Made by a program: the position numbers and the translations under genes
Part shown: piece after piece, positions 1 through 14,221 of the stretch
Position numbering within the stretch: the first letter of the stretch is position 1
Layout: each line of letters opens with the position of its first letter
Notes under the pieces: model-generated
What the model saw: only the letters and a program-made list of their open reading frames with translations
Database searches by the model: none
What the model was told of the DNA's origin: nothing
Assembly: GCA_964016885.1 (NCBI GenBank)
Contig: OZ024742.1
Location: 123,318,001 to 123,382,000, forward strand
Reading direction: 5' to 3'
Source of the DNA: Eledone cirrhosa
Taxonomy: Eukaryota
Length of the DNA: 64,000 nt

Positions 1-1554
1 TCTTTCGCAACAGATGTCATTTTCCGGTGAACTACTTGCTATCGTTGTCATTGTAATGATCTCCCTTCCGCACATCCATGTCTTTTGTCATGGCGAGTTA
101 ACGTGGAAGTCTTTACATGATCACTCGTCTCGTTTAATATATAAGATATATACCGCTCAAATCCCAACAAACCATCATTTAAACAATTTGAACTACCACA
201 TATAGTTACGTTTAGTATGTGTACTCAATCCCGGTTCATATGGAGCTAATAACAGTTTCTAATTTAGGCAAAAGGGGTAACAATTTAAAAGGAAAAGGAA
301 ATCAATTACTACATTTTAGTGATTCGGTAAGGATGAATGGCAAAGCAAACCTCAGTGGGGTTTGAACTAAAAAATTCAGGGATGTAGCTATATGTCACAA
401 AGTATGTTGTCGGACACTCTACCGTTATTACCAATCCACTGGTCTCCATATATATAGAGAGAGAAAGTTTTGTAGCTTGCTTGAATAGGAAACACAAATT
501 AAAATTTTGAAGACCAAAACAATGCGTATGAAGAATGTTGAGTTGCCAAGATAACAAAAAGATCTTGCCTTTAACGATCTCAAATATTTTCTGGTTTAAA
601 AATAGATTATCAAAACCCATTATAAGAGACTTAACAATCGAATTTTAAGTCTCTCATAGGGTTACTCCCTTGATAATGGGATCATTAAATTTGCTAAGGT
701 AAGATTCTTTTGTTATCTTAGCAATTTAACATTTTTCATACGCATTGTAAATTTGTGTTTCATATATATATATATCTGTGTGGCGGGGGAGGGGGGGTTT
801 GTGTGTGTATCGTAAGGGGGTAGAAAGAGAGGGGGGAAAAAGAGAGCGGATGAGTGATGGATATTTTTGTATTTATTGCTGTGACCTCCGCTCCATCCTC
901 TCTATCGATCTCGCTTGTTTTTTGTTTCTGGTCAGACTTATGTCTTACCACTTTTTTGGATTAACTCATCCTCCTTTTCTCTCTCTCTCCCTCACTCATC
1001 CCCGCTCTCTTTCTCCCCGCTCTCTCTCTGTCTCCCTACAACTCCCATTTTTTCGTCTCTTTCTCTCTATATGCCGTTCTCACCGAGAATAGACGTGTTC
1101 TCTTAGCTCTCTCACTGTTAATAAGGTCCCTGCGCTTAAACGCAATTGCCTACTATTAACTTCGTCCTCTCTCTCCCCTCGGTTACGTTACTTACATGTG
1201 TCATTGCCCTGTGTTTCCCCCTTCTATCGGCATCTTTTTTTTTTTCGTTTTTCTTCCGTCTCTGTCTTTGCTATCGCCTCTTTTTCGTCTTTTCTTTCCC
1301 TAATAACTTGTTGATAATAACTTATTGGCGCGCTACGGATAGTTGAATTGTTTTTAATGCACTGAAACATCCGTGACCCGTAGTAGATGAAGGGAAAATG
1401 TATATCTCTTGTTTGTGATCACTTTACTTTCTAACAATATATATATATATCAAGTAAGAATATTTTCGAAACAGCGAGTGGGTTTGAAATTATTAGAAAT
1501 ATAATCTATCGCCGTATTTTGACTAAAGAAATTAAAGAAATTATTTAGCCTGAT

Positions 1555-1655
1555 AGTGGGGTTAAGAACCCTCGGAGAAATGGAAAAAGATGAGTATTGA
1601 CGTACATGGGAGTCGAACCCACATCTTTGGTTATCCGGACCACTGGGCTACCATT
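1555..1655 (-). mobile_element. tRNA-like SINE head fragment
   Basis: Reverse complement TAGCCCAGTGG...GGTTCGACTCC (A and B boxes); no complete cloverleaf. Confidence 0.5.
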
Positions 1656-1880
1656 TACATATATATATATATATAGTTGAAAAAAAGGAAAATAATGACT
1701 TCACTTGTAGTGTTAAAAAATAATTTATAATATTATAATATTATCAAATTAAATCAAAATGTGTTAACACTACAAGTGAAGTCATTCTTTTCCTTTTTTT
1801 AAATATACCTAACTGTACCAAGGATCTCACACATTTTCCAATATATATATTTATAGTGAACCATGTTATTGCTATTAGAT

Positions 1881-1939
<59 letters not shown>

Positions 1940-2063
1940 GTAGGAGGTGAGTTTTATTGTAGCACTATAAAGCAATCCAAATAACGGATAAGTAGCACTC
2001 AACAGTTTATAGGACTGGAGTATAAATAATATAAAATCAAAAGATGGTTAAAAGAGTTCCATG

Positions 2064-2133
2064 TATTTTATTATGCGCATTTCAAAAACAAATATCATCA
2101 TGGGATGATAGTGCCTTCTCATCAGATAAAATA
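2064..2133 (-). ncRNA. Type I hammerhead ribozyme, family A (mirror arm)
   Basis: Reverse-complement copy of 2236-2303 in the palindrome centred near 2195. Confidence 0.75.
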
Positions 2134-2235
2134 GGGAGACATGATATGAAGCTTAAAAAACACTTGCGAGCAGTGAAGTGTTAAATCAACATATGTTATG
2201 TTGATTTAACACTTCACTGCTCGCAAATGTCTCCC

Positions 2236-2303
2236 TATTTTATCTGATGAGAACGCAAATATCCCTTGATGATATTTGTTTTCGAAATGCGCATAATAAA
2301 ATA
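2236..2303 (+). ncRNA. Type I hammerhead ribozyme, family A
   Basis: TATTTTAT-CTGATGA-stem II (GAAC..CAAATATC/GATATTTG..TTC)-GAAA-TGCGCA-TA|ATAAAATA; palindromic stem III ATGCGCAT. Confidence 0.85.
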
Positions 2304-2329
2304 CATGGAACTCTTTTAACCATCTTTTG

Positions 2330-2409
<80 letters not shown>

Positions 2410-2699
2410 TGGATCTAATAGCAATAACATAAATGGTTCACTATACTCCACCTTGTTTTATTATAACAATGAAATATATTGGCGATATGTGACATAAGTA
2501 ATTACTTAGAATCTGCCTGTAACCTCCGTTGATATATACTTACATATATAAAAGACATCTGTTTATCTTATAGGCGGTTTCTTGTTATTTCAAAGTTTGA
2601 GACACTACACTTATCACCAGATGTCTGGGCCAGTGATAGGATGCACATACACACTCACACATACACCGATACAAATGTATATATGTGTGTGTGATAGAG

Positions 2700-2820
<121 letters not shown>

Positions 2821-2931
2821 GTGTGTGTGTCAGTGAAACTGATTGACTGAATGCACAACTGTTTTTGTCTCAAAAGATTTTTTTTTCGTTCTTTCCTCTA
2901 CCTTTCAATTCCATCTTTTATTTCTCATTCT

Positions 2932-2970
2932 ATTTTCTGACGAAAAGCCTAGTGTCCGAAACGTTAAGAC
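2932..2970 (+). ncRNA. Minimal hammerhead, family B
   Basis: CTGACGA-AAAGCCTAGTGTCC-GAAA-CG-TT|AAGAC; homologous flanks shared with 14680-14900, 62200-62400 and 62630-62800. Confidence 0.55.
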
Positions 2971-3153
2971 ACTTTTCTTCCCATATCAATTTTTAAACTA
3001 ACATAGTTCTTCATTGTATGTTGTTTCTGATTACATCTTGCATATATATATATATATATACGGAAATATTTCATACATATATATATATGAAATATTTCCG
3101 TAGAAAAAGTAAAGGAAGGAAGAGTGCTCTAAGCAGAGTACAGAGATAATTAC

Positions 3154-3203
<50 letters not shown>

Positions 3204-5636
3204 CATTTGAAGCTGTGAATTGTCAGTCATTAGAAGGTCGGATAGAATGCTTTGCGGTATTCCTTCCGGCTCTCTACTCTCTGAATTCAAATCTCGTCAA
3301 GGTCACTCGAGGTCGATAAAAGTAACAATTTAGTACATGGCTCGATTCGTCCTCTATAGTTCTTTCTCATAGTCTCTCTCTCTCACTCATAATACTGCTC
3401 TAGAAGAAATCTGCTGTGGTCAGACCTGAAATGGTGATGCCCTAGAAACCCCTATGCCACTATGGCACTACTACGACTTTATCAGGATTTACGGAACCAT
3501 ACCACACCATACCATATGTGTAAATTCACTACATCTTTGAATCATGGCTTTTCTACACAATATTTAATTACTTTCGAAACTGAACATTTTGATTATATTT
3601 CTTCTAGACAATTTATATTCTCTAATTTCGTTTCTAGTCTGCAGAAGTTTTTACCAGTTGTTATATGTCTGATAATTCATTTGAAAGCATTTTCATAATA
3701 CAATATTAAACAACATATATTTGAACGAAGATCAAGAGAACACATGAAAAGAATTCCTGACAAGAGAAATAATTGCTTTGATATTTATTAAGGAAACCAT
3801 ACATGTTGTTTTCAAAGTATAAATTTCACAGAAAAATTTAATTTGCAAAATTTTATTTCTCTGACATATTGTTTCACTGATACATATTGCATAATCCTTT
3901 ACCAAAAACCTGTCCAACTGCTGCTACCTTTGTCGGTTTTATTGTTGTTTATTATGGTTATGATGGTTATGTTACAATTGATGTATTTCCTGCATATTAT
4001 TTTCTAAGATAAGCACAAGGCCTCAGATTTATTTAGGTGATATAGTCGATCGTATCTATTCCAGCTCTTGATTTGTTCTATGTTATACAATGGTTTTTAT
4101 TTCTATGACTAGGCAGGCTTTAGACGGGGATCTATCTACTATTTTAATCAGATCAAGGGATGAGAAGTGTTCGCACACCATACAGCATATGATATTTGTG
4201 AGGTTACTGATACAGTTTTGTGTGACACAACAATCGAAGGGGTAACACAGAAGATCGCTTGTTAGCTCGCAGGCTATACAACAAGTGGGGCTTGTGGAGA
4301 TACATTTAAACCGGTGAGCGAGAAATTACTAAGTTTGCAAACTCTCAACCTGTCATAGTACTGAAATTTTGTTTTTGTGGTAGACAGAGAAGGGTGACTT
4401 TATAACAATTTCTTCTTCAACTACAAAAATAAACAATATTTTCCAATATAAGAATTGCAATTTTTACTTACATAATATACACACTTATATCTAGGTAGCT
4501 ACAGATATCTTCAGCGACCAGAAAAATGCATCAATTTATCAGCCTTTTTTCTCATCTGTGTAGTAACTAAACATGAGGTATCTTACACTCATAGCACGAA
4601 AGAAATAACTGTCATATACCCATTAATATTTCACTAGAAATCTATAAATAATTCAAGCGTGTGATCAACAGTTCCAAGTTAGGTTTATCCTCGTATCAAG
4701 ATACGTTTAGCTTTTGTTATTTTTGTTGTTGTTTTTCGTTTGTTATAAAAATCTCCCTGCCATTATGTGTCTCTTCTTACCTGAACTTCTTTTCTCTAAA
4801 GGAACATTTTCAAACTGGTTTCTATAACAACAGAAAGAAATATTAACCTCTCATGTTGTTCTCTACTTGAGAAGATATAGCGAAATCAAATACGGTATAA
4901 GCCACTTCTCTTGGTGAATATCTGTCAGAATGGCCGTCCTGATATCAATAAATGAATAATGTCTCCATGAAAATAATAACAAATTACAGGATATAGACAT
5001 GAACAAGCAATTCGTTGTCGTTGCTAAAAGCAGTAATCCTTCAATGGAGAGATAGAGAGAAGAATTTAGACATAAAGACGGACAGAAAAGACATAGAAAG
5101 ACAGGGAGGGAAATACAGAGTCATGCAATTAAATAAGAAGATATATTGAGAGAAACGAGACCAGAAAGATAAAGTGGAAAATAGTTCTAGAACAACATAT
5201 GTCATTCATACGACAAGTTATTTTATAAATAGATATTTAACGATATGAACGAGTCTCAACTATTGTAATAAAGTACATTAATGAATTACATTCGCTTGAC
5301 TCGATCAGTCGACTTAAATAGATACAATTCTGAAATTGGCATGCTTGATAGAATGAAAATGGTTACATCGTGTCAAACTAACTTATATCGTTAGTGATTG
5401 ACTCAATATTAATTGGCAACATTCCTATTTTGTTCAACTCTATGTCGCTTATAAATTCAGACACCATTACAAAATATTAAATGATGTAAACTTTTCTCAC
5501 TCAATGAACTGCTAGTATGATAAGTATAGAAATGTTAAAATAGATGTTCAACATGTGTCATACATTCGTCTTATTCTCTATACAGCTCTGAAATGTTGCA
5601 GTTTAAGTTACATTGTGTTAGAAAGTAATATGTATC

Positions 5637-5703
5637 TACTAGTACTATTACTACTACTACTACTACTACTGCTACTACTACTAATACTTCTACTACTACT
5701 GGT

Positions 5704-5734
<31 letters not shown>

Positions 5735-5740
5735 ATGATG

Positions 5741-5825
<85 letters not shown>
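5637..5825. repeat. Compound trinucleotide microsatellite (CTA)(CTG)(ATG)(CTA)(ATA)
   Basis: Direct; contiguous with the Tx1 3' tail. Confidence 0.95.
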
Positions 5826-6888
5826 TTTCTTTATTAACCACAAGGGTTTACACAGAGTAGACATTAAGGACAGTACAGGAAAATACAGGACGGTACAATA
5901 CGGCATTTCTGCGTGTAAAAAACAAGAAACAGAGGATGTAATAATAGAACGATGAAAAGATTCCTCAATAGGGGGGAAATTTCCGAGGGACATTCGTGGA
6001 GAAAGCCCATTAAAAGGCCACAGTGACCCTTACCACCAAGGCAAGTGCCCTCTCCCAGTTTTCCACCTTTAATTTACAGACACATACTCAGAGTAGGCCC
6101 ATTCACTCGGGCCATTCTTGCATCTCTCATCCATCTTTCAACAAAATGCTGGGAAGAGAGCACCTCCCTCTCTACCCTGATTTTCCTTTTCAAATGAAAT
6201 TTGAAAAGGTTAATCAGGGCATCACCGAAGAGGTAAGTGCTCTTCTTCAGCCCTTTCAAACGTGTCCACCATACTATCTCTTTCGCCATGGCCACCAGAC
6301 AGATAAAAACTGCCGGCCCTTCCCAGCTAAAGGAAGAGGGCGGGGCAATCCTCACGATGGACTCAGCTGATAGCTGGATCCGTCCTACACGCGACAGCAG
6401 GTGTTCGACATAAACCCACAAGTCAGCAATGCTCGGACAATGGACGCGTGTGTGCAGGACGATTTCGTCGCCCTGCGCGCATCTCGGACATGCCAGGCTG
6501 ACGGCACCTCCATGCCTGTAGAGTTTATCCCGAACTGGCAAAGCTCCTCGGTAGCACTGCCAGGTCAGGGATTTCTGGAAGTTGTCCATAGGCCCCGGCC
6601 CGAAAGTTCTTCCGAAGAGATTGGATAGTTGATCTTCGTCGACGTCTAGAGTTTCCCCAAGTACGTCGTCGCTCTTCCCCTCCACTAATCCTCTATAGAA
6701 CACCAATGTGGAGTTTCCACCAATCCAATTGCCCGATTGGTCGAGGGCTGTGAGCGCCTGAAGACATTCCAGTCTCCAAGCGCTCCCTCTCGGTCTTCGC
6801 TTGACCCAGGACGGCAGTTCCGTTAAGTAGACGAGCTGGGGAAAGACGCGTCTAGCAAACGGCTACCACACCTGAGCACCGTCGAGGA
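5826..6888 (-). mobile_element. Tx1/L1-clade non-LTR retrotransposon 3' fragment (zinc-binding C-terminus + 3'UTR)
   Basis: ORF 6074-6706: W..YRGALPVRDKL...CPRC...E...H..VHC...W; ends TGTGGTTAATAAAGAAA then an (ATT)n tail; homologous to 12200-13150. Confidence 0.85.
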
Positions 6889-7525
6889 ATGTATTACAGT
6901 TATGACATTCCTACTACTTAAATGGGATTTTAGTATGTTCCTTACTCTCCTTATGTATTTAGATCTTATCAATTGCTTCATTTTATTGTTCTTGATATCA
7001 TCTGCCTCCAGAACACCCAAATATTTGTATCACACTTCAGTGTCGATTGCCTTGATCATTTCACCCGTTGGTACCTGAATTCCGTTGTTTCTGTTCAATT
7101 TAATCTACTTCATCACTAGGACTCCACACTTATTAACACCAAATTCCATACGTATATCATTGCTGAAAATACAGACAGTTTAACAACTACATCCTAATCC
7201 TCACTTTTCCCAAAAGGTTTTAGATCCTCCATGAAGAGGAGGTGGTTGATGGTGTGTTCTCCTCTTCCAAACTTGTATCCTGCTTTCACCTTTCACAATA
7301 TGAGGGACAAGGGTATGAGGGTAAGGACAAACAAAAAAAGGGATAAACTATCTCCTTGGAAGATACCTCTCTTGATTATCACTCCGTCCAAGGATTCTCT
7401 ACCTGATATTAGCTATGTCTCCCAGGTCTTCATACTTTTACTTAATAGTTGTCTGATGTTGTCTGCCACCTTCAAGATCTCTATGCTTTTGGTTATCCAA
7501 GAATGATGAACCATGTCGAATGCCT
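6889..7525 (-). pseudogene. Dong/R4-like non-LTR RT fragment
   Basis: AFDMVHHSWI...RGIFQGDSLS...INHLLFMEDLK...FSNDIRMEFGVNKC...YKYLGVLEADDIK...YIRRVRNILKS. Confidence 0.85.
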
Positions 7526-8187
7526 GGAGTAACGTGAAATGAAGTGTTAAGCTCAAGAACCATGACATTTTGATCGTAAGTCCAATACCCTTACCACTTT
7601 ACTATAGTCTAGGAAGGTCATATTGATATTTGTGTCATTCGTGCCATTTCTATAGGCGTTATCTGAACTATTCATATCTAACACTTTTAAACCATGAATC
7701 AAATCCATCAGAAGTTCTTTTCAAAATCTAAAATTGTCACGTTACTATGGCATATGAGATCATTTGATATTATAAACCATTAGCGATATATATGCGACTT
7801 CACAATGTAACAACGCCGACAGCTTTTATTTACTAATTGTAGGCTTTACAATAACTACGTGAAAATACATCGTAACTTTTCTGTTCTTTACCTCTAATTA
7901 TCTGATGGATATTACATATACAGTAATCATTTACTATGTATGCATATTTTTAACAAGAACCAAGCGTCAGTACTCGTTGATATCATATGCTTCTTGATTC
8001 CTAATATATGGTTCAAAAATGTCCTATTACATTTATCATATACAATCATGTGGTATTCTGTTTAATAAAGAAATGTTTGCCAATTTTACATTATCATCAC
8101 TTCACTCATACGAGTAATATTATCCAAACCACATTTAAAGAGAATTAATACTGTGTAACTTTAAAAAATTGCACTCATCTTCATTAT

Positions 8188-8228
<41 letters not shown>

Positions 8229-9093
8229 GTTATTTAATGTTGTAGGAATTTATTTCCCTTGATACATTGCGCAATATCTAAACGGTTGTTAGATTTTATG
8301 AGAATTCACATTAACGTATCACAGAATTGCGTGCCACTGCTCTTTCCTTTTTGATCATTGTATTCACGCTAGCCACTGTAGCGCAAAATCCCATACACTG
8401 ACCTCATTAATAAACTCTTTAAACTTGTTTGAATTTCTTTTATAATGATTTGCTACAGATGCTAGGGTGCAGATCGATATTATGCAGAATTTACGTAATA
8501 TTAAATAAGTCAGAAGACATTTACTGTAAATACTTACTCTGACATCAGTATTAATGGACATGGGGTCAAACAGGTCCAAACAAGCCGGATATGTTTCTAC
8601 TGAGCAAGATATAAATGTTTTTTTTTTCAAGCCATTTCTTTAAGACGTTCGGCTATGTTATATACTATCTCTCAGCATCGCATTGTTTGCAGTATTATGA
8701 CTTGTTTTATTCCTTAAAAGAAAGAAATAGCAAACAAAACACTTCATCTTTAGTTATAGATTGAATTCTGTATGAAAGCAGCTTCCCCAAGGTGTGTACT
8801 CTTAGTCTTTGTGTTTGGAAAGAAAGGTTTTTATTTCAATTTCAGCCCCGCAGAGAAAATTTTACATTTCGATAATAACTTTGCAATTTCCTGATCATAC
8901 ATACTATGGATAATTGGAACGAAGGAGAGTATAATGAAAAGAACACATTGAAATATGCAATTTGGTAACCATTCAAGTAACGTATAAAGGATCTCAGAGC
9001 GGCCGATGGCAACTTCTTTTTTCCGTCTTTTAAAGGTCTTCACCCTATTTTATAAGCTATTTTATAGCAACTCTGCGCTTGACCACACCATCC

Positions 9094-9168
<75 letters not shown>

Positions 9169-10631
9169 ACACACAAATATATATATATATATATATGGTG
9201 TGAGATCGCCTTATATTACCTTCTGGTGTTGCCAGTCTGATTAATATGTTAGGGTTTCATTCATTCCTGGGAGACCAGCAACAGTTAATCTTTTTGTTTG
9301 CCACTTGATTTGCAACTATTTATATTAATCTCCCTTAATGTTAACTAGATATTTTGTATTCTTACAGATGATATTTTCGAATACATTGGTGGTTGTGAAT
9401 GGCTCTATTTCCTTCTATTTGTAGTAAATATGATATTTGTCTCGGAATCTAGGTGGTTTAATCTTGATACAATCATAAGTTGTTTTTTTTTATTTTTATG
9501 TTTATACCTTTAATATTAACTACGTAATGAATTTAGTCACGAGGCTGTTTTGACAAGATTTTGATAATAGTAATAAAATAGGGTGGTGGATTGACAGTAT
9601 CGATAGAGCGTCAGACACTATGTTTCGTAGCATTGAGTTACGGTCTTTTATGTTCTGAGTTCAGATCTTGCCGACGTAAGCTTTACATTTTATCCTTACA
9701 GGGTCGATGAATTAAAGTACTAGTAATGCACTGGGTCGATTTAATTGTCTTTCCTATCCACCAAAATTACATTGTTGTTACAATGATTAACATTTGACAT
9801 TATTTGAAAGCCTAGACAATGTGAGATTTTCTTCAGCATTAGTTTTAAAAGACTTCTATCAGTAAATCGGCATGATTATTTTTTTTCACACCAGAAATTG
9901 TAGAAATGGTTAATGGTCGGAGAAGACGAGTGTGGGTTTATACGCTATTGTTGACATATCTCAGACGAAGCCAGGAGCGAAATAAAAGAAAAAAGATAGC
10001 TTCGGTTGAGAGCTGTTAACAATAGCGTCAGCTTGTTCAATCTTGACCTCTGACTTTTTCGACAGTGAACTAACTCTACAAATTCTGGCATAAAACAAAA
10101 CATCTTATGCCGATTCACTATTGAAGGTCTTTTACGACTGAAACTTTTGAAAAAATACAACGTTGTATTTCATCATATGCATTTTCAATTTTAATATAGT
10201 TGTAACTATTATTGGTATTTTAGTGTAGGAATGTCGCAGCATCTTTAAAAACACAGCGGTCTCAAAGTTATCCAGGATATCAGTGAAACATCCATTATTT
10301 CAATGCAAATATGTTTCGGAAATTGTAAATTATTTACTTTCTCTACATATGTTAACATTAAGGATGTTAACATCATATCTGAACAGTCAACAGTGAATCA
10401 ACAACAGTAGTAAGTATCAACAGATGATTATTATGATCGTGATGGTTAAGATAAAGACGATGGTAATGACAATGATGAAGATCATCATTATTAACCATCA
10501 ATATCGTCAAATTACCATCAGCGTGGTCATCATCATCATCATCATTATCTCCATCTTCAAAAACGACGACATATAAATGTGTGAAATCTGATACATGATA
10601 GAAAGCCTACTGGGAACAAAGATGATGTTGT

Positions 10632-10663
<32 letters not shown>

Positions 10664-12199
10664 ATGGTTGTGGTGGTGATGGTGGTGGTTAGGAGGAGGA
10701 GAGAAAAAGGACGGAATATTATCTAGTCAATCGTTTACCCTGTTTATTACAGCCATCAGAAAGTGTTTACTAACAACTGTCTATACCAACCGTTAGCAAT
10801 CATGATTATGTCCATCATTATCTCCAACGTTATTATGATTGCTATCATAAGCAGCAAAATTATCATCATAATCATTTTCATCATCATTATTAACAACAGA
10901 AGTTGGAGAAGCAGCAGCATCCATGCTACAACTCTCATTACTAATATCATTTGCGATTATTGTCAATTCTCTTTATTTAGCAATTTATGTTTTACCAAAA
11001 ACAATATGCCGTTAGCTGTATTCTACGATATTGAATTGGAAATGGTAAATAATAATTTCTCCCAAAAGACTGTAGGCAAATGTTCGATGGTAAAGAATAT
11101 TGCTTTAAATAAACGAAGAATACGCTGTACATTAATTGGTATTATGTTGCATAAATTCTAGTTCAATTTATCCATTAATCTACAATATTGCCTGTATCGA
11201 TACGGATTCCAGAATAAAAAAAGACATAAAGGACCTCAATCAGTTTCGACGAAGAGTGTTCCAGTTTTCTGACCAACTGAATAACCTACTAGTTAATTTA
11301 CTATATAAAAGGTTGAGAATTCCAGAGACCAGTCTTCCATTACCATAATGTTTAGTTATTATCAAGTTTATACAGAGTGTGACAAGCTGGAAATTTGAAT
11401 TACAAGTACATCCATTTGACGAGAATTCTGAGTTTCTCTCAAGCCCACTTCACTCATAAATCTAAAGTATGCAACATGGCTAAAGAATATATTTTTTCGT
11501 AATCGTGAGCGTCCGGTTTCCATTCCAAATTAGATTTCATAATGTATTACATAATGTGTCTCACATATTCCAATAAAAGTTTCCTTTTTGCATTCTTTTT
11601 CTCGTACTATTCTATTTTCTCTGGATTGCTCATAGTTATTGTTGCTTTTTAACACCACAAAATGATGGACTGACGGAATTAGTAGAGCGTCCAATAAAAT
11701 ATCATTGTGGGATTTATTTCGGCCAATTAGTTTCTGAGATGAAATCCCGACGAGGTCAGCATTACCTTTCCTATTTCTGGGGTCGAAAAAATAATGCACC
11801 ACTCAAATACTGAGTCGATTTAATTGTATTTATGGTCCCTTGAAATTTCCGTGTCCAAGTTAGAAATCATAATTATTTAATCCTGGAGAGAGAACAATGG
11901 ATAAGCAGGTATGAGATATTCTAATTTTAAAAAATGATTTACTGTGAGATAAATCTTGATAATTACAACCACAACCCATTATCTATTTCAATTAGTAATA
12001 GAGAAATGCATGTAAACGGTATCTTCACTAGGGTGATGACGTATTTGGGAGAAAAAACAAAATATATTTGAGAGTTGAGTAAACTTTTCACTAAAAAAGT
12101 AAGAGTTGGAAAATAACTCAAATGTCTTTCCCAGCCTCTTTGCTACTTTCTATCTCCTTTCATTTACCTGTCTATCTTTCTATCTATCTATCTATCTAT

Positions 12200-13150
12200 G
12201 CTCTTGAGTGCCTTCATGCGCTCACAGCCCTCTACCAAGCGGAAACGGAAATCAGCCGAGACTCCACTTCTACATTCTATAGGGGATTAGTAGAGGATAA
12301 GTGCGACGACGTTCTCGGGGAAACTCTAGGCATCGAGGAAGACGAACTGACCAGTCTGTTCGGGAGGACTTTCCGTCTAGGGCCTATGGATAACTCCCAG
12401 AGGTCTCTGGTCTGGCAGTGCTCCCGAGGAGGTAAACCAGTTCAAGACAAAATATACAGAGATCCTGCCAAAAGCACCTGTCCAAGATGCGAGCAGGACA
12501 TCGAAACCGTTCTGAAAGAAATTGTTCAATGTCCATGGGTGACCGACCTGTGGAATTATGTCGAACAGCTACTGTCACGTGTAGGATGCATCCAGTTGTC
12601 AGCCGAGTCCATCGTGAGGATCACCCCACCGCCTTCATTTAAGAATGAAGGATAGGCGGTCTTCCTCTGTCTGGTGGCTATCGCGAAAGAGGTAATATGG
12701 TGGACGAGGTTAAAATGACTGAGGGCAAGCACCTTTCTACACGGACAACAACTCATCCCCTTCTTTAAGTACCACTTCAGAAGGAAGGTGGGAGTGGAGA
12801 GAGAGGTGCTACACCCCAGTAAATTCGCTGAAAGGTGGGTGAATATGGCGAAAATGGCCCGGGTGAATGGGCCTCCTTTGTATATAAACCTGTAGGTTGA
12901 GGAAGATAAACAGAGGAAAGACGGGTACACCTATACAAGACGTGTTCCTGGTGTTGAGGGTTGTTCTATCCACGGGGTGTAAAACAACCCCGCAGTAGCG
13001 TTACCCCACCCCCCTTATGGGGATTTCAATTGTTTTATTTTTATATAGTTTATTGATATTTATCATTGTTAAAGATTTTATGTAAAACCCCCGCCGTCAC
13101 GTCTTGTAATGTCCCATTTTTGTACGCCACTGTGGCAAATAAAGAAAGTT
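12200..13150 (+). mobile_element. Tx1/L1-clade 3' fragment, second copy
   Basis: FYRGLVEDKCDDVLGETLG...CPRCEQDIET...IQLSAESIVRI matches the 6074-6706 protein; ends TGTGGCAAATAAAGAAA then (TA)n; contains stops. Confidence 0.85.
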
Positions 13151-13260
13151 ATATATATATATATATGTATGTCCCAAGGCTCTGAATATATACATATGTC
13201 CCAAGTCTCTGAAACCATCAACACCAAAAACACAGAGCTGGTATATCTAAGAACTGACTA

Positions 13261-13316
13261 ACTGCCTGATGAGGTCATAGCCATTCAATGGCTATTATCG
13301 AAATATATATAGCAGT
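13261..13316 (+). ncRNA. Type I hammerhead ribozyme, family C
   Basis: ACTGC-CTGATGA-GGTCATAGCCAT tca ATGGCTATTATC-GAAA-TATATA-TA|GCAGT; perfect stem I; in a ~200 bp island between TA runs. Confidence 0.9.
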
Positions 13317-13385
13317 AAATAAAGGATTATGAGTTCATGCAATTGACTTATGTTTCGTCACTATATATAAATATATATATATATA

Positions 13386-13434
<49 letters not shown>

Positions 13435-13746
13435 AAGATATCCATAGATATATAACAATGGAAAAAAATGATCAATCTGGTATAAAACAGGTTATTTAGT
13501 ATTGTTTATGTTTTTATTAATGTTCATGTGCATAATATATATATATACTTGATTATGGGTGGATTCTTGATTGGTAGCGGAATGTAACAACAGTTAAAAA
13601 AAGGTTATTCAATACGTTGGTAGAGTAGTATCGGCATCTTTTTTTTATACAGAAATTACTTCTGCATGATTATATGAGAAAATAAACAGCATCACAGCTA
13701 CAAAGCGTATTGAAAGGAAAACTAGTGTTTACAGTGATCAAAATAT

Positions 13747-13849
13747 TTTTATTCTACTAACGTTTCGGTGACAACAAGATATAATTAACAATTGTTAATT
13801 TCGATTGATTAATTAATTAGTTTTCATCACCTCCTCAGAAATAATAAAA
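13747..13849 (-). ncRNA. Type I hammerhead, family D, long stem II, in fold-back 13710-13993
   Basis: CTGAGGA-GGTGA...TCACC-GAAA-CG-TT; the mirror arm at ~13866-13950 has CTAGGGA-GGTGA...TCACC-GAAA-CG-TA; stem I imperfect. Confidence 0.6.
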
Positions 13850-14014
13850 GTAAAAAGTCCCTTTCCTAGGGAGGTGATGAAAACTAATCAATTAATGGAA
13901 ATGATTGTTTATCGTTTATATCTTCTTGTCACCGAAACGTATGTAGAATAAAAAATGTTTTGATCCCTGCACACTTTTTGGTCTTCCTTTCAATATATAT
14001 GTATATATATATAG

Positions 14015-14072
<58 letters not shown>

Positions 14073-14152
14073 TAGAAACGATCGTAAAATAATGAACTTT
14101 TTTTGTTTAATATAAGGAACTGTTTCTTTGTTTATTCATTATTTTTTAAATA

Positions 14153-14197
<45 letters not shown>

Positions 14198-14221
14198 TAT
14201 ATATATATATATGTCACATTA

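Larger units (their letters stand above)
1938..2335. mobile_element. Fold-back non-autonomous PLE-derived element, family A
   Basis: IR 2030-2190 / 2200-2335; other copies at 23420-24100, 23088-23125 and 61112-61245. Confidence 0.8.

Noticed and set aside
1605-1655. tRNA gene
   Set aside because: A/B boxes present but no acceptor or anticodon stems; treated as a SINE head.
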